NCBI GenBank assembly: GCA_951406725.2
Contig: OX597816.1
Location: forward strand, 147,870,001-147,934,000
Direction: 5' to 3'
DNA length: 64,000 bases
DNA from: Octopus vulgaris
Lineage: Eukaryota
Both the position numbers and the translations under genes were made by a program. Of the stretch, positions 11,950-23,870 are shown in pieces; positions within the stretch are counted from its first letter, which is position 1, and each line of letters opens with the position of its first letter. The notes below the pieces were generated by a model. The model had not been told where the DNA came from and made no database searches. It saw nothing but the letters and a program-made list of their open reading frames with translations.

Positions 11950-13930
11950 AGTAGTTTTCTGGCTTATTGTATATTGTTTTAGCGACTTAATATTGCATTA
12001 GGAGGAAAGAAATTGATGAAAAGGTTTTCTCCAGCTACTGGTCGCAGGTGCGACATCTTTCATGAATATGGGAAATAATTCACAATTCCGGTTGCACCTT
12101 GCGACTCCAATCGCTCCACTGTTTCTTTCTTACGTTAGATATTTAGCAGCATTCTACAGCACTAGGATTACATATGCATAGTCTTTGAATTGTGATGCGA
12201 TATATTGGTAGCGATTCTAAGAAATCCTGCACGTTATGTTGATATTACTGTCATTTTTGAGTCTTCGAGAAATATACACCTGCTTGGTTTTTATTTATTC
12301 ATTTATTAGTATATTTTTGATATGCTGAGAGTTTTACATCTAAGTTTCTTTAAGGTATCTAGTTCAACTCTTTTGGGCTGTGTGGGTGGTCATCAAGAAG
12401 AGAGCAGTTCCTATGGAACTCAATACTCACCTGTCGGATGTAGTTCACTTTGCTTTTCAAATCTAGGCTTATATACTCATTTTTGCAACGGTAATTTAGC
12501 AGGTGCAGTCTTTAAAATACTATACAACATTAAAAACTAATCTTCTACTCCATTCGTTTCGTTTTAGGTGATGCCTGTCGACATCAATGTTCGTATGAAA
12601 GTCTCATTGATGACAGCATTTTGCAGCTCTAATGACCATACAATGGAGTTGTTTTGCAAACTAGTTAAATCTCCCAGATACTGGTATTAAGACTATTGCT
12701 GGAAATGCATTGTGGAATATTATATTGTTGAAAGGGAAGAGCTCTCACTGCCATACATTTTTCAGATCAGTTTAATAATCTCGTTTACCTTTTTATTAAT
12801 TGTTTTACATATGTTCACGGCACTTTCGTAAAATATATTATCATCAATGACGAATGATTTTAGCCCTCTTATTGCGGAATAGCAGAGCTAGAGAGGGCTT
12901 TGTAGCAAGTGTATTCGGTATGAAGAACTGATTTCGCTGGGTCAAATACCAACATTTCATTTCGCCAAATTTCATTCCTATGTCAGCTGACAATATTATT
13001 AACTCCATCTGTGTTTTTGGTATTTTACCCACATTTTGCATAGATATTCAGGTCTTCCACAAAGTATGGGTTAAATCTTCTTCGGAATATCACAAAACAC
13101 ACACATAAAACTATAAATAATAAGTATGGATTACATTGATATTTGAAGCAGTTGACGACCCTAACAAGCAGCCATTGGACATTTGTAACGGAAATGATAA
13201 TGAATTTAGTAGCAAAATAAACAGAATTGTAGAAAAAAATTATCTCTTTAGAATATTACTTAGGAACTATTTATAATGCTGGGTATGATTGATCCGCTTC
13301 CACTTGTAAGTATAAGGATTATTATCCTGGTGCTTGTGAGCCTTTCAGTGGCACCAACTAACGCAGCAGGTACTTTTGTCAGGTGCAAAAGCTTGAGTGG
13401 TGAACATAGCTTTCATATAAATAAGCTATACTATCTCAAGGTTATTTTTTGGCGTTTTCTTAATTCGAAGAACAGAGTTTTCTTCAACATTTGTTCGGCA
13501 CATCCCCACATTCCATTTTTACACCTACCTCAAAGTAATCCAAGTGGAATTTATTGAGAACAACTAGTAAATCTGCGCATAAATTTTAGTTATGAAATGA
13601 ACCTATAAATTTCTGCCAACATGATTCGTCTGTAATATAACAAGCTAGATAGATATTTCAATCTGGCCTTCCATAATTCTTTTGAGCATACACATTCTTT
13701 TGAGTATACACCGGTATCCAACTATTGTCTCCCAATAGGTAGTTTGACGACAGCTACGATGAAATATGCAGGGTCGTTTGTGTGTACTTTAATTTCCTCG
13801 CTGTATTCATTCATCTACAAGGCATTCTCTTTGAGATTTCTCTTTTTGCTGCAGATCTTAGACTATAGGGATTTAAGTTCTTGTGAAGGAGCTTGCTTAA
13901 CGGCAAAATTTATTTCTTCTTTTCGTTTTA
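11950..13930 (-). mobile_element. Highly decayed RLE-type (R4-like) LINE
   Basis: Minus-strand remnants YFVEDLNIYAK (RT YxDD region) at ~13040-13075, SADIGMKFGEMKC at ~12955-12990, and CRTC at ~12050. Boundaries are approximate. Confidence 0.55.
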
Positions 13931-14101
13931 ATGCTCATCGATTCGAAGCAAACTTTGATTTATACTGACTCGCTGGAAATACTTTCTTCTATAATATATA
14001 TATATATGTATGTTTTATATATCAAGCCCAAGCGTGTTTATTTGTTTATTTGCTCAATTATATCCATACCTGCTCACCTGGCTTCCTTTGGTTATGCACA
14101 T

Positions 14102-14163
<62 letters not shown>

Positions 14164-14165
<2 letters not shown>

Positions 14166-14304
14166 TAGAGAAGAACCACTATGTAGCAATTCAACAATGA
14201 TATACTTAAATCATACCATATAGAAAAACATTAAAGATACGATAAAATATTTACCTATTTAAGTATACCATTGTTGAATTGCTACATGGTGGTTCTTCTC
14301 TAAT
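14164..14304. repeat. Fold-back inverted repeat (48-bp arms, 45-bp spacer) beside (TA)n
   Basis: 14164-14211 is the reverse complement of 14257-14304 with 2 mismatches. The arm resembles 52628-52675. Confidence 0.9.
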
Positions 14305-14399
14305 TAATATACATATACTACATATTGTGAAATTTGGTTTAGTACAACTAAATTTAATTTATTCCCTGTAAGTTTGGAATCATATTCCCTATTATTATT

Positions 14400-14860
14400 A
14401 TTGAGTGAGCGAGCAGAGCATGCCATCAAAGTGACACTGGGGTAAAATATACGAAGCCCAGTATACCCATCATGACTACCCGTCTGATAAGGGTACACCA
14501 GGCACATGCATCACAACCATATGTGCGCGACATGGTGATCTCATATCAAGATAAACAGCACATGACCTTGCAGGTGGAGCCCAGTTAGAATTTTCTTCAG
14601 ATCGAGTAACCCATCCCGCTCAAAAGGTCCTTGAATAAGGGTTGTTTAAGGACGTTGAACGAAACACCCATGTTTCCAGAGTTGAATTATTCAAACCCCA
14701 AAGAATCCTTCTCAACACATGGCTATGATATGCACATATCGTCAGCCCCTAAGGGACATGCTCAACTGGTTAAGGTCAAACAACTGACAAGCAAATCTGT
14801 GGTATTGAGCAGAATATTAATATTATTATTATTATTATTATTATTGAGTGAGAGAGCAGT
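14400..14860. mobile_element. ~420-bp (TAA)n-associated interspersed repeat with a truncated second tandem start
   Basis: Relatively GC-rich block between (TTA)n tracts. The start ttgagtgagcgagcag recurs at 14843 as ttgagtgagagagcag. Confidence 0.55.
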
Positions 14861-14873
14861 TCAATCATCATCA

Positions 14874-14961
<88 letters not shown>

Positions 14962-14989
14962 CATTATTATTATTATTATTATTATGTTT

Positions 14990-15250
14990 TTTCCTTCTTT
15001 CTTCAAATTTTTTCAAATTTTTTTCCGTTTCTCGCCAAGTGTTTTCCATACACCTAGGGCAGAAAAGCTCATTGTATGCATTCCAAGATTACACGCAAAT
15101 TCACAGATAAAATATGTATTTAACAATTAATAAATAAATAAATTCATGAATGGATGTTGTTTTCACAGCGATAATGCTCTTCTCAGTACATGAGTTCTAG
15201 TTAATACGATTTTTTGCACTTCCTACAGGAAGTGCAAAAAAGTGCAAAAA
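14990..15250 (-). mobile_element. 3' end of an R4/Dong-type LINE in (TAA)n
   Basis: Minus strand KKIVLTRTHVLRRALSL* followed by a 3' UTR paralogous to 15265-15590. Confidence 0.75.
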
Positions 15251-15264
15251 AATTATTATTATTA

Positions 15265-15590
15265 TTTTTTTTTTCTTTCAAATTTGCTTCCATTTCTTGC
15301 CGAGTGTCTTCCCGACTCCTAGGGCAAAGAAACTCATAGTATACATTGGTAGGCCATTAAACCAAACTCAATAGTTCGTTCATTAAAAAATTTTTTTTTA
15401 TTTTTAAGTTAAATTAAAATACATGAGCAGCAACAGTTCTCACATCGACAATGCTCTTCTCAATACGTGTGATGTACCAGTTAAGGCAATCTTTTGCACT
15501 TCTTGCAGGGATGGTAAGCCAGGGATCATTCTCATATAATTTTCGGTTCCCTTCTTGATCATTCCTAGTGCTCCTACGATCACTGGTATT
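15265..15590 (-). mobile_element. 3' end of an R4/Dong-type LINE in (TAA)n
   Basis: IPVIVGALGMIKKGTENYMRMIPGLPSLQEVQKIALTGTSHVLRRALSM* is an RLE-LINE C-terminus. Near-identical copy at 31070-31415. Confidence 0.85.
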
Positions 15591-15613
15591 ATTTTTATTA
15601 TTAATATTGTAAT

Positions 15614-15652
<39 letters not shown>

Positions 15653-15786
15653 GATTATGATTATATACATATATGTATTTGTTTATTTATTTATTTATGT
15701 ACTTATGTATGTATATATGTGTGTATGTATGTATGTATGTATGTATGTATGTATGTATGTATGTATGTATGTATGTATGTATGTAT

Positions 15787-16335
15787 GGTCACTTTCGAGT
15801 GCTACTGGTAACATGTAACCCCGCACATCCTGCTGCATGGTCGGGTCGTCGGCGACTAAACCGGCAACCCCACCAAGCTTGCTTAGTGAGGAGGGTGTTT
15901 ATTGCACACCCTGCGGGATGAAAAACAAAAGCCATCAAAGGGCGGAAGAACTCTTGAGAGTCAACGGCCATCCAATAAATATCTTAAGGCTGTATCATGC
16001 ACGGGGACATAGAAATAATCGGACTGAATACCCGATCGCGCGGTTAAACTATTGGGAGTGAAGGATTCCCGGCCTTTGTTAGGGCATCCTTCTAGGAGAA
16101 GGTAACTCAGGTAACAGGGTTAACTTCGACATAAAACCTGCGGCTCAGTGGTTACCGATGATATTGACTTGTTCTTCTTTTCGGATTATGGCTGCTGTTG
16201 CTTAGTGAGTGGGATTGACTCAGTGCACAGCCTTTCCTCACTTTAAAAAAAATCTTCTTGCACAGGCATTGAACGATAACGACATTAATTAAACTTCGTG
16301 CAATGGCCATACTCGATAACGATGGGGCAGCCACC
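15787..16335 (+). mobile_element. Non-autonomous RTE-derived bipartite element (5' UTR plus 3' end)
   Basis: RTE 5'-UTR-like motifs agggcatccttctaggagaaggtaactc and cagtgcacagcctttcctcactttaaaa. No RT. Flanked by (ATGT)n. Confidence 0.6.
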
Positions 16336-16354
16336 ATGTATGTATATATGTATG

Positions 16355-16521
16355 TAGAGACGATGGTCTTACACGTAGTTTCCGTCTACCAAGTTCGCAC
16401 TCGAGGCATTCCTCATCCCTGATCTATAGTAGAAGAGACAGTTACCCGAGGCAAGTGAAACTGGACCTGAAGTTACGTGCTTACAAAACGAGATTGTTAC
16501 AGACAACGCCATGCCTGTGCC
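16355..16521 (-). mobile_element. SINE family A head, decayed
   Basis: agtttccgtctaccaag ... ctatagtagaaga ... gccatgcctgtgcc is the reverse complement of the SINE-A head. Confidence 0.65.
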
Positions 16522-18119
16522 TGTCCACTATCATTGAACAGGTCATGAATGATTTAACGTTTCCATATTTGCATGACTCCATTCGTAGAAATTTATCCAC
16601 CCGTCTAGTACACTGTGAGGTTAGGTGCATAAGCCAGACAGCTGAAGGTTTTAATGAGTGCAATGAATAAGAGTGTTTTGTTTTGCGATAGTTTATATAT
16701 CGATACTTAATTACCATACTTTAGGTACTTTAATTAACACAACAGCAAACGACGGGTAATGAATTTCTATGTGAATTAGTTAGATGAGGAATAAATCTAA
16801 TAACAGAAAAAAACCTGAAGAAAGAAATATTCACCATAACCGCCATGAACATCAATAATAAGTTTATCAAACGTTTCAGCAACATAATTAATGACATGAT
16901 CAACAACAAGTATAACAACATCATTTTACTTCATCAGTATTAGCAGCAACAGTATTAAATCCATCACGTTGTTACCATCACCAGTAGCAACGACACAAAC
17001 AACAATTACAACTAAGTGAAGCTAAGATACACCCCTTCACACAATGACACCTTGTAGATTGTTATTATTCTCTTCACTAATTCAGTTACCTATTTAAAAT
17101 TCACCGTTCTAAACAATACTGACTTAATATGACCAAATACGTAGAAATTAATTAATTTTATAAAGAAAACACACACATATTTCTTCCCTATTTAATTTGA
17201 TAAATCCATTTGTACGATATCTGTCACCTTAATGAAAAGAAATATTATTTCTATTATTGTAAATTCCATTTAATGTTATATTATATTATTTTATTTTGCA
17301 GTTTCCAACTTCTCTGTCAAGAAACAAGAGTAATATAGTTTGGAAATTAATCACAATATAAGACTTCTAGTTACGTGTTTTATCTTTACCTCTATTACGT
17401 GGAATGGCTTCCAAAATAGTTATCTGCAAATTACTTCCTCGAATCATACTGATTTGTATATATTTATTTTTATTGTTAAACTTTGCTTTTGCAGTGTTAT
17501 CTTTTTCTTACCTCTAATGCTACTAATATGATTGCTGCAACTAATATTTATGTTGCTTCTACTTAAACTAATATTATTACTCTTAGAAATACTTTGACTT
17601 CTACAGCATGTATTCTCATAGCTTACAGCGTTGATGACGTTGACATATCAGTATGACAGTAAGTATTTATGTGCGTGTCTGTGTGTGTGTGTTTGTGTAT
17701 GTGTGTGAGTGAGTGTGTGTGTGTGTGTGTCTGTGTATGTGTCTGTGCTTGTGTGTATTAACTATAAACCATGCATATACATGTATGTATGTATGTATGT
17801 ATATGTTTACACACACGCACACACACGCGCGCACGCAGACATACAGACAAATAGACACACACACGCACACACACAAACACACACACATATACACACGCAC
17901 ACACACACCCACACACAGATATATATATATATTCAATTATGCAATAGAAGCATCTATAGATTAAGGTCTTTATCTATAACAATATACTTAACGTATGTGT
18001 GTCATTGAAATGCCAGAAGCTGGAATGTTTCCTTCGGGGAAAATGCGGTTTTAGGCGTATTGTGCTAAAAAACAGAGCTGGTTTAAACGAAATCGCCCAG
18101 GAATCGACCAAGAAAACAA

Positions 18120-18410
18120 AGGATTTTGTAGAAGGAAACTGAAAGAATCCCGTCGTATATATGTATATATGTATATATGTGTGTGTGTATGTATGTATGT
18201 GTGTCTGTGTTTGCCCCCCCCCCCCGCCCAACATCGCTTGACAACCGATGCTGGTGTGTTTACGCCCCCGTAAATTAGAGGTTCGGCAAAAGAGACCGAT
18301 GTAGTAAGTACTAGGCTTAGAAAGAATAAGTCCTGGGGTCGATTTGCTCGACTAAAGGCGGTGCTCCCACATGGCCAAAGTCAAATGACTGAAACAAGTA
18401 AAAGAGTAAA
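18120..18410 (+). mobile_element. SINE family A, 5'-truncated
   Basis: Runs from ggaaactgaaagaa through gactgaaacaagtaaaagag, colinear with 23400-23690. Confidence 0.88.
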
Positions 18411-19179
18411 AGTGACTAAATGCTGCAGCCTCTGGCTTTTCGACGACGCACGTTAAGAATATGGCATAGATAAATCTGTGAGTATGTGTGTTTATACGAA
18501 ACACCTTTTCAGAATATTGCAAATATCCTGAAATATTCTCCCGATATAGCATATGTCTGTGTGGCCTCAGTAAACAACCAGGAAGAAATGCGCTAGTGCC
18601 AGAAAGACGATGCCATAAAATTTTTGAGCCTCCTCTTATTTTATTCTATTATCAATAATTCCCACTTTCCTAAACAGCGCATCCAGTGTGCAAACATCTG
18701 TTGTAGGATTCTATGAAATATGCAGCGAACAATTCTGGACTGTTATTCGTAGGTTAGACCGTATAGGGCTCATATTGTACCCTAAGAACAACCATTTCTT
18801 CTTCCCTGGATTCATTCAAGACGTGATCATTAATAAAATCAATCATCCAACAAGAAATGTTAGCAAAATACCCTGACATAGGCTCAACCGTCTAAAGAAA
18901 ATAGAATATATAGATTAGCGAAATTATTGCTACTCTAGGTAAATATGTAGTCATGACAGTCCCTGGTGAAGCAACATTGATGATAAGTCTGTTCAAACAT
19001 TTATAAACTGAAGTTGATCAACAATGATTACTACCTGCCCTATTGATTCCATGTGTTAACAGACTTAAACCGCTCTTCAACATAATATAATTATTGTCTA
19101 ACTCGACCTTTCGGGTCCCTGACGCGTAACAGCTGTAGCCAACTACAAATGCTACTATACCATTCTCACAATATATATT

Positions 19180-19370
19180 GGTTTCAAATTTTGGTTCAGG
19201 GGCAGAAATTTCGGGAATGGTAAGTCGATTACATCAACCTCAGTACTCAAATTATTTTATCGACTCCGAAACGATGAAAGGCAAAGTGAACCTAGATGGA
19301 ATTTGGGCTCAAACATAAACACGGACGAAACCCTGCTAAGCTTTTCGCCTAGCTCGGTGTCTTTGTCAAT
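19180..19370 (-). mobile_element. tRNA-derived SINE family B, diverged
   Basis: ttttatcgactccgaaacgatgaaaggcaaagtg matches the family-B core at 34230-34280. Confidence 0.75.
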
Positions 19371-21346
19371 TTATGTGTATATATATATATATATTGATAG
19401 AAGAAAAATATCTACTTGACTTCATGACTGGGTGCTAAGTCTAATTCCAAACTTGTATACGTGGACAATCCAGGAGATAATTTATATAATTTCGTACGTA
19501 CCTGAGTAATTTTGTAAACATTTTGCACTCCGTCCATCTATCTACTATTAAACATTCAGAGCGTAGATCTAATGTCAATCCAGTCCAACTCAGTACTAAT
19601 TATATGGAACATTTTCAGTAACGTTTCCAGACGACGGAAACAGTTCCCCACAGACACAACTGTGGTATTAATTTTTGCAGGGCTACAAGAACACAGACCC
19701 ACCTTCTGGCTCCAGAAGGATTGAGTTTGAAATCTCGAACTAGATTTTCTAGAATGAACCTAATAAAAGCCTGGACCAAGGCAAAACCTCCTGCTCTTCC
19801 GGTAAGAAGAGAAGTTCATGTAGCTCGATAATCCTGCTCTCGTTCATGGAGGATATATTATGCAGAATATTCTAACGTTGTCTAGTAAGTGTCCTTGCTC
19901 CCACCTTTATTCTATATGTATTTGCAATTGTTTATATAATAACGTCTCACATTAGGCCATACTGATAATGTTTTGTTTTTGTTCTTGGTTTTCTTTTATA
20001 TATAGGAACCAGGCCATGAATCTTACATTTAAGGATGCGTCACTACTCCAATGATACTAATTATATCTATGCCAGAAAGATGAAAGGCAATACAAGATCA
20101 GTATGGATTTGAATGCAGAACACAACACGGTATAATTAAGTAACGAAAGGTATTTTGCCCCGACGCTCTGCTAATTGAAAAAATAAATTGAAATATCTTT
20201 TAAAAACAACAGTATAATTATACAAAATGTAACACACCATGCTCATCAATCATTCATGTATTTTGAATAGAACGTTATGAAATATTTGTATCTCACCTAA
20301 CAATGGTGTTATAACATATTCTAATTGAACAAGAATTTTATTGACACTGCGCAATTCAATACACAAAATCAACGAATAACAAAATGAGAAAGTTGGCGAT
20401 AGCGTCATATAAACCTTTCGTGATTGTGTTGACTAAATATTTCTTTAACAACAAGACTCAATTCTCTCTGATTCGCTGCATGTTGTCTCGTTATTGTAGC
20501 AATTTTGTATGACGTACGCGCTGCATTGGCGTGAGAAACAATGTTTTATTTGGCTGATTTGTAATATTTTGGGATTTTTAACAAAAGGAATGTATTTCAA
20601 TCCAGGCCAATGTAATTCATAATACGTTTCATGTTTTGTTTCAGGCGTGTATTATTTTTCCTTGAATTTACTGAATACTGATACCAGGTACTCAAACAGA
20701 ATATTTGATTATATTTTCAATGATCTGAATTATTATTATTATTGAGGTGTTGTGTGTGATCCCTAGAAATTTAAGCCTTTGTTTATCAGAATGTTGTTTT
20801 AGTTAAGTATGATATCATGACGTTCTCTAATAATGTATGTTTAATTATAAATTTGTTAAGCATTGCATTGCCTTTGTAACAATACATTGACGTTAATTTA
20901 TAAATGAAATTTCCTTTCCAATTTCTATGCTGCAGAGTTTGAGACACATCAGATGCATTAGAATGCATTTTCTTGGGAATATGATAACGAGTATTCATTC
21001 AATCCCGTTTATATACATGCTAAAGATAATATCTTGTAATTTGGAAGGGATCTAGACTTCGAGGTGGGACTACAATGATAAGAATCGAAACCAGTCAAAA
21101 CCAGGCGTCATGATCGAGGATTATAGATGGGTTATCTATGCATTTATACTTTCGGTTCTATAGGAGATGTTTACCGATGTATAGCTGTTATCACCTTCGT
21201 TGTGTAGTCTACGCAAGCACTGTTTCTAAAAACCAGTGTGCTAAGTAGAGCTGTCATTTTATTCACTTCGAGAGCGATCGTCCATTTTTATTTTCTTCTG
21301 ACAGACTGCTTTAAGCATTATATTCTTCAACGGGCTTATGTGTATA

Positions 21347-21412
<66 letters not shown>

Positions 21413-21473
21413 AACACGCATCAACATATTTATATACATATATATGTATTATATATATATATATATATATATG

Positions 21474-22464
21474 TTATAATAAAGCGTTAATTGCAACAAG
21501 TTGCTCAAAACCACATACCGAAAATATTAGAAATGGCAGCCAAATAGATTACCATTTCTCCTACTAGTAAAAAAGTCTCCATAAACAATCAGAATTTGCA
21601 ACCCGTATATGGAAAAGAGAAAGAAAATAACGAAATCACAGTCTGTTTGGATTAATTGTAGACGAAATTCCGTTTCTGGATTAGAACCAAAGGTTCATTT
21701 CCTTGTCAATATAATATTTCCTATAAATCTAGAAATGCTAGGGGGAAAACGACTTACCCACCATACCGGCTCGATCAGGCGACACCGAACGATATGATGG
21801 TCTACCAGCATCCCTACATTTATATACAGACAGGCGAAATCGTATCTCCCTCCAAAATTACCACGTGAGTTGCAAAAACATTATCAACGAAACGAAGTTT
21901 CGCAGATTTATTGTATGGGAGTAATAGCGCACAATATACAAAAATGGTGAAATATAATTAATTTAATAAAATTAGTGGTAATTTTGTAGGGAGATACGAT
22001 TTCGCCTGTCTGTATATAAATGTAGGGATGCTGGTAGACCATCATATCGTTCGGTGTCGCCTGATCGAGCCGGTATGGTGGATAAGTCTTTTTTTCCCCT
22101 AGCATTTCTAGATTTATAGGAAATATTATATTGACAAGGAAATGAACCTCTGGTTCTAATCCAGAAACTGAATTTCGTCTATAATTAATCCAAACAGACT
22201 GTGATTTCATTATTTTCTTTCTCTTTGCCATATACGGGTTGCAAATTCTGATGGTTTGTGGAGACTTTTTTACTAGTAGGAGAAATGGTAACCTATTTGG
22301 CTGCCATTTCTAATATTTTCGGTATGTGGTTTTGAGCAACTTGTTGCAATTAACGCTTTTTTATAATTAATATAATCCTTACTAAATATTGTCTTTTCCA
22401 TACCGATAAAACTACTAGGTGAAATTTATTAATTTTATTAAATTAATTATATTTCACCCTTTTT

Positions 22465-22470
<6 letters not shown>
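21474..22470. mobile_element. Fold-back insertion of a ~565-bp hammerhead-bearing monomer between (TA)n tracts
   Basis: Arms 21474-21864 and 21975-22366 are inverted copies. 22430-22458 is the reverse complement of 21946-21974. Confidence 0.85.
22125..22185 (+). ncRNA. Type-I minimal hammerhead ribozyme-like motif (U3-A8 core variant); mirror copy at 21655-21715 on the minus strand
   Basis: attata-UUGACAA-gga..gaacc/ggttc..tcc-a-GAAA-c(t/g)gaatttc-GUC-tataat. Stems I, II and III and the GUC triplet are all present. Confidence 0.6.
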
Positions 22471-22495
<25 letters not shown>

Positions 22496-22599
22496 CCTCT
22501 CTTCTTCCCCTCCCCTTCTCCCCCCTCTTCTCCCCCTCCCCCTCTTCTTCTCACTACACCACACGACTTTACACATCACATCATATATGATGTGCCATA

Positions 22600-22930
22600 C
22601 TAATACATACACCAACTAATACATACTAATACGTACTAATACATACTAATACATACACCAACCCTATACATACACACGTCCAGACCCCTCATACGCACTT
22701 ATACTCTCTCATACACACACACACACACTTATACATACTAATACGTACTAATACATACTAATACATACTAATACATACACCAACCCCATACATACGCCTG
22801 TCCAGACCTATCCCACGCACTAATACTCTCTCATACACACACACACACACACCCTTATACATACTAATACATACTAATACATACACCAACCCTATACATA
22901 CACACGTCCAGACCCCTCCTACGCACTAAT
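22600..22930. repeat. Minisatellite-like tandem repeat (~110-130-bp units built on tactaataca)
   Basis: catacaccaaccctatacatacacacgtccagaccc recurs three times. Confidence 0.85.
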
Positions 22931-23234
22931 AGGTGGTCATTCAACCCTATTATCAACCCTATTATCTCCCCTTATTTCGCTCTCGCGTCTCATGTTTGAT
23001 CTTTGACTTCTGGCCGAAATCAGATCGCCATGTTGATTCGTTAGTTACTGCACGCATTTTTTTTCTCTCCTTCTTTCTGTGTTTTTTTCTCTCTGTGTAT
23101 CTTTCTGTTGAAGAGCGTAGGCTCGAAACGTTAAAGACTTGTTTTATTTATATTTCCTGAGCGCCATACTAATACAATTGTTTGTTTGTTTTCCACCTGC
23201 CTTCGTCTTTTGTCTATTTTCATAAAGCTTCCCG

Positions 23235-23236
<2 letters not shown>
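22930..23236 (+). mobile_element. Penelope-like terminal fragment with a minimal hammerhead motif (23100-23137)
   Basis: tcttt-CUGUUGA-a-gagc gtag gctc-GAAAC-GUU-aaaga. Ends in (TA)n. Confidence 0.6.
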
Positions 23237-23279
<43 letters not shown>

Positions 23280-23281
<2 letters not shown>

Positions 23282-23690
23282 CGCAGGAGTGGCTGTTTGG
23301 TAAGTAGCTTGCTAACCAACCACATGGTTCCGGGTTCAGTCCCACTGCGTGGCATCTTGGGCAAGTGTCTTCTGCTATAGCCCCGGGCCGACCAATGCCT
23401 TGTGAGTGGATTTGGTAGACGGAAACTGAAAGAAGCCTGTCGTATATATGTATATATATATGTATGTGTGTGTGTGTTTGTGTGTGTTTGTCCCCCTAGC
23501 ATTGATTGACAACCGATGCTGGTGTGTTTACGTCCCCGTAACTTAGCGGTTCGGCAAAAGACACCGATAGAATAAGTACTGGGCTTACAAAGAATAAGTC
23601 CCGGGGTCGATTTGCTCGACTAAAGGCGGTGCTCCAGCATGGCCGCAGTCAACTGACTGAAACAAGTAAAAAGAGTAAAAAGAGAAAGAA
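23280..23690 (+). mobile_element. tRNA-derived SINE family A, full length
   Basis: A box tggctgtttgg, B box ggttcagtccc, CORE-like segment, internal microsatellite, and (gtaaaaga) tail. Confidence 0.92.
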
Positions 23691-23713
23691 AGAGTATATA
23701 GATAGATAGATAA

Positions 23714-23796
<83 letters not shown>

Positions 23797-23870
23797 GATA
23801 CTCACTCACAAACACATATCCACTTATTTATATACATACTTGCATAAATACATATATATATATATATATA

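Noticed and set aside
18420-19900. Possible very old Gypsy integrase on the plus strand
   Set aside because: Only vague motif echoes. It cannot be supported without a profile search.
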